This document shows positions 10,361 to 18,641 of a stretch of 64,000 bases of DNA, one piece after another. The stretch is from Candidatus Oxydemutatoraceae bacterium (GTDB taxonomy: Bacteria > Pseudomonadota > Gammaproteobacteria > Poriferisulfidales > Oxydemutatoraceae). The position numbers and the translations under genes were made by a program. The notes beneath the pieces were generated by a model that had not been told where the DNA came from, searched no databases, and saw only the letters and a list, made by a program, of their open reading frames with translations. Position 1 is the first letter of the stretch; every line of letters starts with the position of its first letter. Location: positions 524,769-588,768 of the forward strand of contig OZ244779.1 of assembly GCA_965219575.1 (NCBI GenBank), written 5' to 3'.

Positions 10361-11695
10361 ATGCTAGAAATTAATAAATTTATACTAAAAGATGTACGTT
10401 GCTTCAAAGGCGCAAAGGAATTCAATATACGGCCGTTGACTTTTTTGGTCGGAGAAAATAGCACCGGCAAATCAACCGTCGTGGGTTGTTTCCAAGCGAT
10501 GGCACAACATCTCAGAGAAAATAATTACTTCTCTATAAGTGGGGCTTCAATAAACTTTAACTCAGAGCCTTTTCAAATGGGAAGCTTTGAAAATATTGCA
10601 AGAAGAGCAAGACCCAAAAACAAGGAATTTGAATTGGGTTTTGAATTCATTGACAACAGAAATAATGCCTCAAAATTTCAATTGTTGGTTACTCTTGCTC
10701 AGCAAGCGAATAGTGCGAATTCTATCGTAAAACAGGCATACTTCATTTTTGACGATGGCGAAATAATATTTCTTGATGCTGGCACCACCGAGAGTAATAC
10801 AACATGGGAAATCAAAATTGAAGAGAGAAACTCCAAGAAAATTTTCGCTATTGCATTAAAAGAAGACCAAAATCACTCCCTTTTTCGTAATGTAATAGGT
10901 TTAATAGCTCACTATGAATCAGATTTTAACTCTGAAGAAGAACTTAGCTCTGAAGAAAAACAATTTATTGAATTTATTAAGGATAAGAATTGGGCGAGAT
11001 TTTTAAGTTTATACTTTAGATGTTTTTCTTTTCCCCCTACCCAACCAAAACCTAAAAGAACCTATGATCCCTTGGGCAACATCGCAACCTCAAGCGGTGG
11101 CAATATTTTTCTAATACTTAAAAATTTTAGCATCAAAGAACCCAAAGATTGGAAAAAACTATACAAAAACCTTAAAGATTTCGGCACGGCATCAGGCTTA
11201 TTCACCGATATTAAAGTAAGAAAACTTGGTGGTTCATTAAGCGACCCGTTTCAATTAGAACTTAAAATCAGAAAGGGGGCGGCTACGAATCTGATAGATG
11301 TAGGTTATGGTATCAGTCAGATATTACCCTTGTTAGTGCCCATACTAGCAAAGGAAAAGCATACTTTTTTAATGCAACAACCGGAAGTGCATTTACATCC
11401 CAAAGCTCAAGCGGCTTTCACATCATTATTGGCGACATTAGCAAAACAAAAAGATCATACTTTTATTATAGAAACACACAGCGACTACATGGTTAATCGA
11501 GCCTGCATTGATATCATGAAAGGCAACATAAAGCCGGAGGATATCTCGTTGATCTATTTGGAAGCACAGGGTAAAGATGTAGAAGTCCACAATCTATGTT
11601 TTGATAAACAAGGCGACTTTGAGGGCGACCCGCCCGATAGTTATCATGATTTCTTCTTATCGGAAAGTCATAAATTATTGGGCTGGAAAGATTAA
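10361..11695 (+). CDS. ABC/AAA-type ATPase (AAA_15/AAA_21, DUF3696-like), probable defence/TA ATPase
   Basis: GENSTGKS Walker A, VGYGISQ signature, QQPEVHLHPKAQ, ETHSDY; AT-rich. Confidence 0.85.
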   Translation: MLEINKFILKDVRCFKGAKEFNIRPLTFLVGENSTGKSTVVGCFQAMAQHLRENNYFSISGASINFNSEPFQMGSFENIARRARPKNKEFELGFEFIDNRNNASKFQLLVTLAQQANSANSIVKQAYFIFDDGEIIFLDAGTTESNTTWEIKIEERNSKKIFAIALKEDQNHSLFRNVIGLIAHYESDFNSEEELSSEEKQFIEFIKDKNWARFLSLYFRCFSFPPTQPKPKRTYDPLGNIATSSGGNIFLILKNFSIKEPKDWKKLYKNLKDFGTASGLFTDIKVRKLGGSLSDPFQLELKIRKGAATNLIDVGYGISQILPLLVPILAKEKHTFLMQQPEVHLHPKAQAAFTSLLATLAKQKDHTFIIETHSDYMVNRACIDIMKGNIKPEDISLIYLEAQGKDVEVHNLCFDKQGDFEGDPPDSYHDFFLSESHKLLGWKD

Positions 11696-11697
11696 CT

Positions 11698-11838
11698 ATG
11701 TGCGTGATTATAGATACTAATATGATTGTAAATTATATTAACGAGACCGAGGACATGAAACCACGCTTGTTCAGATTGAGCGGCTTCTTCAATATTATCT
11801 GCCAACACGCCGGCGATTGCCCGCATCGCAGGCGATAG
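11698..11838 (+). pseudogene. Truncated PIN-like gene partnering the ATPase
   Basis: MCVIIDTN.. start 2 nt after the ATPase stop; becomes unrelated GC-richer sequence after ..EDMKP (~11763). Confidence 0.55.
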
Positions 11839-11914
11839 CTAGCCACCGCGAACGCGCCCAAAAGTTTAATGCTTACAGTGCCTTCTTGTCTTTGATTTTA
11901 ATATCTATTCTCAT
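11762..11914 (-). pseudogene. Relic of a Mu-like phage virion morphogenesis (gpG-type) gene 5' end
   Basis: MRIDIKIKDKKAL* then, in another frame, LSPAMRAIAGVLADNIEEA; contains stops and a frameshift. Confidence 0.6.
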
Positions 11915-11925
11915 TGTGATATACT
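11915..11925 (+). promoter_or_regulatory. Extended -10 promoter motif TGTGATATACT
   Basis: TRTGn+TATACT, 5 nt upstream of the conserved structured element; conserved at the same position in the second copy. Confidence 0.55.
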
Positions 11926-11930
11926 TCAAA

Positions 11931-12029
11931 TGAGGGCTTTGCGAGTTGGATTATCAGAGTTAGGTCGCTTACATAATCTCGCTACTACCAAATGCCTAAC
12001 CATTTGGTTTAGACGTCCCATAGCCCTCA
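11931..12029 (+). ncRNA. Candidate 99-nt structured RNA convergent on a PBECR2-like nuclease gene (copy B)
   Basis: Outer stem 11931-41/12019-29, hairpins 11949-78 and 11988-12007, loop-loop GTTAGG/CCTAAC, following T-run. Confidence 0.55.
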
Positions 12030-12548
12030 CTTTTTATACAACAGCCTTCCTTCCCTTCTCCCATCAATATAGCCTATTCTGCTTGCCGGTATTGCGTTCC
12101 AAAATAAGCTGCCGTCTAGGTTCTCCCGAGCAATCACCAGCATATTTTTTTTATCCTTAAAGAGCTTAATAAAGTGACAGCGGAAACCATTTTTATATTC
12201 AGTCAACCAAATTTCATTCGGGTCAGTCAATGTGGGTATTATCCAGTTAATAAACCTTTCTCTCCGATGGCTTCGCTTCATCAATATATGGCGAATATAT
12301 TGCCGGTGAATAATAACCGGTTCAAGCGGTGTATTAACTCTTCTCCATTCTTGTCCTCTTAAAAGAAATTCATCAACTTTTTCTAGCGCACTTTCTAAAG
12401 ATTTTGCACCAACTAAAACCTTAGGTGCTTTGTCTAACAATTCATGAGGATAGTCTTTTACACCGAGTAACCCGTAGTCTTGATAATCTGGCTGACCGGG
12501 TCTTATTCCGGCGACACCTCTACCATGACCGCCGACTTGCTTAGACAT
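12027..12548 (-). CDS. Stand-alone PBECR2-like (BECR-fold) ribonuclease domain protein, copy B
   Basis: RERFINWIIPTLTDPNEIW and YIDGRREGRLLYKK resemble PBECR2 domains found on phage MuF proteins. Confidence 0.7.
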   Translation of the reverse strand: MSKQVGGHGRGVAGIRPGQPDYQDYGLLGVKDYPHELLDKAPKVLVGAKSLESALEKVDEFLLRGQEWRRVNTPLEPVIIHRQYIRHILMKRSHRRERFINWIIPTLTDPNEIWLTEYKNGFRCHFIKLFKDKKNMLVIARENLDGSLFWNAIPASRIGYIDGRREGRLLYKK

Positions 12549-13343
12549 TCACAGGAGGGGAATACTATGTATTACCACTCTATGCTGAATAGGTAGCGAC
12601 CGCTTCTAGGGATACAGCATTTATATTTTTGCCAGAAGTTATAGCCGTAGGCTGCCTCTGCGGAGGCTTTGCCTGCCGACCAGTCATCTTTTTGTTGTGC
12701 GCGTTCGTCAAACGAGCTACATTCGTTTTCTACTCGAGGGTAAATCATTTGCCAGCGGTCGGTTGCTTCGTCGCCGACATCGCGTTGTTGAACCGAGCGT
12801 TGCTGCACACATCGGCCGGTTATCGCCAGTGTCGTATCTCGCATCTCTTGTTGCCATTGCCCACCCGAGGCGTGGCATTGTTGATAGCTTTTTGCATCGG
12901 AATCTCCCCACAGCTCCCATTGTTCGTCGTCGTGAACTTCGGCGGAGGTGATATTGTGATAGCTGTCGGGGTTGCCGCCGACTGCTTTTGCGGCGAGTTG
13001 AGAGACGATGTTCACCGGTGACTTCAGCGACAGCAATGTTGCTTCTTGCCAGGGACACTGACCGGCACTATTGGTAACCGTGAGGTCGGGTAGATAGTGC
13101 GATATTTTAGGAGTGACTCTGATACTGCACTTGGGGCTACACTTCAACCAAAAGCACAAACCGATGATTTGCCAATCCAAACACTGGACTTGCATGGATC
13201 TATATATCAACTGTGCGGTATTAAAACCCGCTAGGCTCTGCGCGGGCAATGCGCAGCATAACCACACGCAAGCGATTAACATATATTTGCTTATCTTAAT
13301 GAAGGATTTAGGGGTGTAGATGCGACGCGTTTCGGGCGGACTA

Positions 13344-13354
13344 TGTGGTATACT
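13344..13354 (+). promoter_or_regulatory. Extended -10 promoter motif TGTGGTATACT
   Basis: Same motif and spacing as 11915-11925. Confidence 0.55.
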
Positions 13355-13359
13355 TTCAG

Positions 13360-13458
13360 TGGGGGTTGTGTGAGTTAGATTGCTAGAGTTAGGTCGTTTA
13401 AGTAATCTTGCTGCTAACAAATGCCTAGCCATTTGGGTTAGATACCCCGCAACCCTCA
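13360..13458 (+). ncRNA. Candidate 99-nt structured RNA convergent on a PBECR2-like nuclease gene (copy A)
   Basis: Outer stem 13360-70/13448-58, hairpins 13377-408 and 13418-35, loop-loop GTTAGG/CCTAGC, following T-run; compensatory changes relative to copy B. Confidence 0.55.
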
Positions 13459-13977
13459 TTTTTTATATAACAACACACCCTTCCTTCTCCCATCAATATA
13501 ATTTATTCTGCTTACCGGTATTGCGTTCCAAAACAAGCTGCCGTTTAAGTTTTCTCGCGCAATAATAAGCATATTCTTTTTTCCTCTGAACACTTTAATA
13601 AAACGCCTGCGAAAACCGTCATTATATGCAGTTAGCCAAATTTCATTCGGCTCAGTTAATGTCGGTATTATCCAATTAATAAACTTCTCTCTCTGCTGTC
13701 CCCGCTTTATTAATATATGGCGAACATGATGCTGATGAATAATAACCGGTTCAAGCGGTGTATTAACCTGTCTCCGTTCTTGTCCCCTCAAAAGAAATTC
13801 ATCAACTTTTTCTAGCGTACTTTCTAAAGATTTTGCACCAACTAAAACTTCAGGTGCTTCATCTAACAGTTCACGAGGATAGTCCTTTACGCTGGGCAAT
13901 CCATAGTCTTTATATTTTTTTTGATTCGGTTCAACGATTGCGATGCCTCTACCATGACCGCCGACTTGCTTAGACAT
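13456..13977 (-). CDS. Stand-alone PBECR2-like ribonuclease domain protein, copy A
   Basis: Same length as copy B with about 40 of 173 residues different (manual count); PTLTEPNEIW and YIDGRRKGVLLYKK. Confidence 0.7.
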   Translation of the reverse strand: MSKQVGGHGRGIAIVEPNQKKYKDYGLPSVKDYPRELLDEAPEVLVGAKSLESTLEKVDEFLLRGQERRQVNTPLEPVIIHQHHVRHILIKRGQQREKFINWIIPTLTEPNEIWLTAYNDGFRRRFIKVFRGKKNMLIIARENLNGSLFWNAIPVSRINYIDGRRKGVLLYKK

Positions 13978-14000
13978 TCACAGGAGGGGAATACTATGTA

Positions 14001-15167
14001 CTACCACTCTATACTGAATAGGTAGCGACCGCTTCTAGGGATACAGCATTTATATTTTTGCCAGAAGTTATAGCCGTAGGCTGCCTCTGCGGAGGCTTTG
14101 CCTGCCGACCAGTCATCTTTTTGTTGTGCGCGTTCGTCAAACGAGCTACATTCGTTTTCTACTCGAGGGTAAATCATCTGCCAGCGGTCGGTTGCTTCGT
14201 CGCCGACATCGCGTTGTTGAACCGAGCGTTGCTGCACACATCGGCCGGTTATCGCCAGTGTCGTATCTCGCATCTCTTGTTGCCATTGCCCACCCGAGGC
14301 GTGGCATTGCTGATAGCTTGTCGCATCGGAATCTCCCCACAGCTCCCATTGTTCGTCGTCGTGAACTTCGGCGGAGGTGATATTGTGATAGCTGTCGGGG
14401 TTGCGGACGACGATTTCAATCGCTCGTTGAGCAATCACTGCCCCGGCCTTGACATCGTTCGGGTTTAACACGGTGCCTCGTCGCGGATAGATACTTCCCC
14501 AGCCGTTGTCGAGTATCGGTAGGTTGTCGGTGATTCCATTGTTCGGCAACTCGCTTCTACCGACCATGCGGCTACCCGGTTTCCAGCTTTCTATCCTGTC
14601 CAAGTCGGTGCCGCCCATGCCTTGCAGTGAACTTATGTCGATGCCGCGCCAGGTCAGAACATTGAGTCCCTGTCTGGAATTGAAATAGATGTGCATCGGC
14701 TTGCTTTGGCTTTTACACAAAAAGCGCACATTAAATCTAGACCCTAGTGAGGCGGTAGGGTTGCCTATCACCATAGCGTCTTTGAACTTCATCGCATAGC
14801 GACCCAACCGTCCACCTTGTCCGGGGTTGCCGCCGACTGCTTTTGCGGCGAGTTGAGAGACGATGTTCACCGGTGACTTCAGCGACAGCAATGTTGCTTC
14901 TTGCCAGGGACACTGACCGGCACTATTGGTAACCGTGAGGTCGGGTAGATAGTGCGATATTTTAGGAGTGACTCTGATACTGCACTTGGGGCTACACTTC
15001 AACCAAAAGCACAAACCGATGATTTGCCAATCCAAACACTTGACTTGCATGGATCTATATATCAACTGTGCGGTATTAAAACCCGCTAGGCTCTGCGCGG
15101 GCAATGCGCAGCATAACCACACGCAAGCGATTAACATATATTTGCTTATCTTTTTGATTGCTGCCAT
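14001..15167 (-). CDS. TraU-family ICE protein (PFL_4710/TIGR03756-like)
   Basis: Signal peptide, CLDWQIIGLCFWLKC, WGSIYPRRG, AQRA, WQMIYP and YKCC motifs. Confidence 0.85.
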   Translation of the reverse strand: MAAIKKISKYMLIACVWLCCALPAQSLAGFNTAQLIYRSMQVKCLDWQIIGLCFWLKCSPKCSIRVTPKISHYLPDLTVTNSAGQCPWQEATLLSLKSPVNIVSQLAAKAVGGNPGQGGRLGRYAMKFKDAMVIGNPTASLGSRFNVRFLCKSQSKPMHIYFNSRQGLNVLTWRGIDISSLQGMGGTDLDRIESWKPGSRMVGRSELPNNGITDNLPILDNGWGSIYPRRGTVLNPNDVKAGAVIAQRAIEIVVRNPDSYHNITSAEVHDDEQWELWGDSDATSYQQCHASGGQWQQEMRDTTLAITGRCVQQRSVQQRDVGDEATDRWQMIYPRVENECSSFDERAQQKDDWSAGKASAEAAYGYNFWQKYKCCIPRSGRYLFSIEW

Positions 15168-15874
15168 CTTAGAAATCCTTGATAGACATCGTTGCCTTTA
15201 TATAAAGAGAGAGTTTTGTTTTGTTCGAAAACAACCACCGGAAGATCGTCAATCTCAACATCATACCGAGTCTGCAAATCAAAAAGGTTCATTTGTGCGT
15301 CGGCTAGTGCTTGTAGCTGTGTGCGCGGCAACCGCGCAATCGAGGCTTTAATCTCGGCGATAGACGAGTCGTTCATGTCGTTGTTTGCATACGCACCGAA
15401 CATAGCATCCAGCTCGGGGATCACGGATAGATCTACGACCCGTATATCGGAGATGGACGGTTCTTGCTTCAATCTCGAAATACCCGAGATTTCATTCGGT
15501 TTTACGCTATAGATACGAACAGTTGCCGATGCCGAGATAGTGTCTTGCGCCGAACCCGCACCGCCGGCAGCAGTTGCGCACAGCATCAACGCACTCAATA
15601 TATAACCGGGGGGGCGATGGATGAATGTATAAATTGTGCAGATACGACGGGGCTGTTGAAAAAGTATTTCATAGAGTGGTAGGGGCGGACTTATATGTCC
15701 GCCCGTAACAACGCGTTGACCGGTACAATTTATACATTCATCCATCCAATTTATGGAAGCCAAAACCAAATGGCGCAAGCGATTGAGGTTGTGCAGAACG
15801 GCACTTAAGGGCAGACATATAAGTCTGCCCCTACGCAGGTAAACATAAATTTGTCGGGTAAACATAATATTCAT
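15146..15874 (-). CDS. ICE protein DUF1525 (PFL_4709/TIGR03757-like); repeat element in frame in its 5' part, true start uncertain
   Basis: C-terminal IDDLPVVVF..LYKGNDVYQ resembles the family; position next to traU. Confidence 0.6.
   Translation of the reverse strand: MNIMFTRQIYVYLRRGRLICLPLSAVLHNLNRLRHLVLASINWMDECINCTGQRVVTGGHISPPLPLYEILFQQPRRICTIYTFIHRPPGYILSALMLCATAAGGAGSAQDTISASATVRIYSVKPNEISGISRLKQEPSISDIRVVDLSVIPELDAMFGAYANNDMNDSSIAEIKASIARLPRTQLQALADAQMNLFDLQTRYDVEIDDLPVVVFEQNKTLSLYKGNDVYQGFLRWQQSKR
15617..15835. repeat. Composite REP/MITE-like repeat
   Basis: GGCTGTTGAAAAAG, GTAGGGGCGGAC..GTCCGCCCGTA and AGGGCAGAC..GTCTGCCCCTAC modules. Confidence 0.85.
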
Positions 15875-15899
15875 GCAAAACGCTATTTTGTCAACAGCC

Positions 15900-17312
15900 T
15901 CATGTGACTGCCCGATGATGTTCTATAAGTGCCGAACCTTTTTTGATTGCCAAAACCAGCACTATGAAATAGGCAATAGAAAAAATCAGTGGTAAATACG
16001 AAAAGACATAAGCGATAATCAAGCGATCCATATTGACATTGAACAGACCGATCCCTTGATAAAGGCTCTCGGTCACCTTGGCATCCAATGCTGCCACCAA
16101 AACATAGATCATCGGCATCGCTTGGATGCCCAAAATCCACGCCGCATAATACAGAACACCTATCAACCTTAAGCCAGTTGCGAGCAAAAACAAAGGGATA
16201 AAAAAGTACAGTGCCAGCAAAACAATCGGTTGTATGTATGAAGCGATACGCTCGAGTAAATAAGTGTAGTTGAAAGCTGCCGACACTTGCTCGGACAACC
16301 CTGCCAAACCCGAACCCGACATATAAGCCGCATCCCCGACATGTAAAACCTTAGCCGAAGATTGAGCCGAGTTGGCGGCAGCGGAATACGCCGCACCCGA
16401 ATGACCGAGTTCCAGCGGATTTGATTTGAGCATCGCTTTGACAATACGATCTTCTACATCGCGTGAACCCGACCCTAAAATACCTGCCGTTTCTACAGGC
16501 GGTAGTTGTGCCGTTGCCTGCGCCAACAAAATCTCCTTCAACCCTTTATTCGTCCCGTCTCCCAGCCACCACGCCGAGCAGCTTCTCACCAAATTGGGTT
16601 GCCAACGTTGCAATCGGGTCGGTAATAGAAAAGCGTCGTAATAGCCCGGTGTGTCTAGATAATAACGGCTGCCCAAATAGGCAAGGTCATCCGCCGAAGG
16701 CGGCATACCGCCGCCTTCATAGCCTATGGTTTGATATTGATAGCGCGCCTGCCCGTAGCATTTGGATGCAAATTGATAGTATTCGTTCAATATCGCCGGG
16801 TCTTGTATTTTGTTCGTCCTGATAATAGTCTCTACTGCGCGCCAATCGGTGAAGCAATCCAACCCGTCAAGTATTTGATAATAAATGCCGGCACCTACTT
16901 TGTGTATCAATGCCCAAAACAGCGGGATTTTTACACCGTCGGTCTCGGCGATCAATTCTTGTTTTAAGTCCTCAAAGACGGTCATCTCCTCGAATGCCGT
17001 ACCTTTGCCGTATTCTTGACAGCCGCCCGATAGATCCAAAACCTGTACTGCATCAATCCTGAAGATCGGGAAAAAAGCGAACAGCAAAACAAGCGCGGCA
17101 ATCACCGTGCGTATTTCCAGCGAGCGATTGGTGTCTTTATCTCCGTCGCCCGCACCTGCCGTCTTATACCAAGCGGAGAACAATGCGACGATCATAACCG
17201 CCAACACGATGCCCGACGAAAATAAAATGTCGGTAAAAAAGTTATTGAGCAACCAACCGTACAGTGTGAATGCTCGCTCCCATTCCGAGAATACCGACAG
17301 GCTGACACCCAT
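15900..17312 (-). CDS. TraG N-terminal-domain mating-pair stabilisation protein
   Basis: TLYGWLLNN N-terminus, KIPLFWALIH, F..KCY..AR, YLGSRYYLDTPGYYD and C-terminal TM helices. Confidence 0.85.
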   Translation of the reverse strand: MGVSLSVFSEWERAFTLYGWLLNNFFTDILFSSGIVLAVMIVALFSAWYKTAGAGDGDKDTNRSLEIRTVIAALVLLFAFFPIFRIDAVQVLDLSGGCQEYGKGTAFEEMTVFEDLKQELIAETDGVKIPLFWALIHKVGAGIYYQILDGLDCFTDWRAVETIIRTNKIQDPAILNEYYQFASKCYGQARYQYQTIGYEGGGMPPSADDLAYLGSRYYLDTPGYYDAFLLPTRLQRWQPNLVRSCSAWWLGDGTNKGLKEILLAQATAQLPPVETAGILGSGSRDVEDRIVKAMLKSNPLELGHSGAAYSAAANSAQSSAKVLHVGDAAYMSGSGLAGLSEQVSAAFNYTYLLERIASYIQPIVLLALYFFIPLFLLATGLRLIGVLYYAAWILGIQAMPMIYVLVAALDAKVTESLYQGIGLFNVNMDRLIIAYVFSYLPLIFSIAYFIVLVLAIKKGSALIEHHRAVT

Positions 17313-17327
17313 TGCACATCAAACCTG

Positions 17328-18641
17328 TTAGGGTTGTAAGGGCGTGCGCAGCACATCGGGCGAGATATCGTTGCGTGCGCTTTGTCTTCGCTCCGCTCTT
17401 TCCAGAATACGGATGACCAAATCCGAGACAACTTTGCCGCGCGCTTCGGCTTCCATTAACAACTGATCGATCTCGGCTTCCAAACGTTTTATCGCTTGAC
17501 CCACTTCTTCGGAGATAAATCTCTTGTGCTTATAAAGGTTGGGTTCTTTAGAACCTATCAGCAATAACCGTCGGGCAAGCAGAGCCTCGTCCAAAACCTG
17601 TGCAGATGCGATTTCATTGGCAAGCCGTTCCGACAACCACTCCTGATCTAGGTCAACCTGCAAAGCTGCCACTATTTGCGGCAACATTTCCTGCGAGCTT
17701 GAACTTAAAAACTCCAGATCCTTCGGATCTATATCGTAGATTTTGTTCGCCGGTGTTTGTATTAACTGTTCCAGCTTTGCTTTGATCAACGGTTCGCGTT
17801 CGCTGACTTTGGCGTTGAGACCCAAACCCGGATAGCTTTGTGGTGCCGGCGCGCCGCGATAAATCCAAAAGCCGATATCGCCGACGATATCGGTAATCCA
17901 TTGCTTCAATTCGGTAACCACACGCCAGGTTCTGGTGTATTGATTTTCCGCCGCCGAGGTCTCGCAATCGGTGCGGGTCTCACCGTTGGCAATGCACCAA
18001 CCGGCGGCGATGGTGTGCCTCACCGGTCTAATTTGACGTTGCCCACGCCCGCCGTGTTTTTCGTCGCCGACCCAAGTAATGCCTTTATCCTTAGCCTCGG
18101 ACATCTCCTCCTGCACTTGCGCCGGCGTTTTATTTGCTTGTTGCCCTTGGTTCCATGCGTTTTCAACGGTCGCATTAAAGACATCTTGATACGGGTTGCG
18201 CCCTTGCGTTGCATCGGCAATCATCTGCTCGCAGCTTTTAACGGCAAGATTAAAACGATTTTCAAAACGCGCGGTATATTCTTGTGCCAATTCGCAAACA
18301 CCCGGCAACGCGCGACAAAACACCACGCCCGGCAACGACGAGATTACCGTTTTGGGTATGGACTCTACCGTGCTCATCGTTTCTTTAAGCCCGGTGAGTG
18401 CATAATCCACCGACAGTTTGGGATCGAATTTACTACACGCAAGCCGTGCATCCAGATTGAGTTCGGCACCCATATAAAGACTGCTTTCTCTAGGCGGTGC
18501 CGGCGGCGATCGGTTCGAGCTAAACTCTATGTAATCCTTGAGGTTGTCAATCAAGTTGCTCTGTGCGTTTAAGTCGGCGGTTGCAAACAGCAACGGCACA
18601 CAGACCCCGCAAACAAACTTCCTTAAAATACTCGCTTTCAT
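17328..18641 (-). CDS. ICE protein PFL_4711/TIGR03755-like
   Basis: Signal peptide; CSKFD, SLPG..FCRALPG, KSCEQM, GITWVG..GG.GQ..I, RLANEIA and RRLLL.G..EPN. Confidence 0.85.
   Translation of the reverse strand: MKASILRKFVCGVCVPLLFATADLNAQSNLIDNLKDYIEFSSNRSPPAPPRESSLYMGAELNLDARLACSKFDPKLSVDYALTGLKETMSTVESIPKTVISSLPGVVFCRALPGVCELAQEYTARFENRFNLAVKSCEQMIADATQGRNPYQDVFNATVENAWNQGQQANKTPAQVQEEMSEAKDKGITWVGDEKHGGRGQRQIRPVRHTIAAGWCIANGETRTDCETSAAENQYTRTWRVVTELKQWITDIVGDIGFWIYRGAPAPQSYPGLGLNAKVSEREPLIKAKLEQLIQTPANKIYDIDPKDLEFLSSSSQEMLPQIVAALQVDLDQEWLSERLANEIASAQVLDEALLARRLLLIGSKEPNLYKHKRFISEEVGQAIKRLEAEIDQLLMEAEARGKVVSDLVIRILERAERRQSARNDISPDVLRTPLQP

Larger units (their letters stand above)
12572..13459 (-). 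pseudogene. Duplicated TraU-family gene with a 426-bp in-frame internal deletion and a chimeric 5' end
   Basis: Near-identical to 14001..15167 apart from a 142-codon deletion; first ~54 codons come from non-traU sequence. Confidence 0.8.

Noticed and set aside
11931-12029. Structured element as a hammerhead ribozyme, tRNA or simple terminator
   Set aside because: No CUGAUGA/GAAA core and no T-loop or CCA; the multi-stem fold with conserved loop complementarity and an upstream promoter exceeds a simple terminator.
12027-13977. Two nuclease copies as a diversity-generating retroelement TR/VR pair
   Set aside because: Differences involve all four bases, include synonymous changes and span the whole gene; no reverse transcriptase is in the window.
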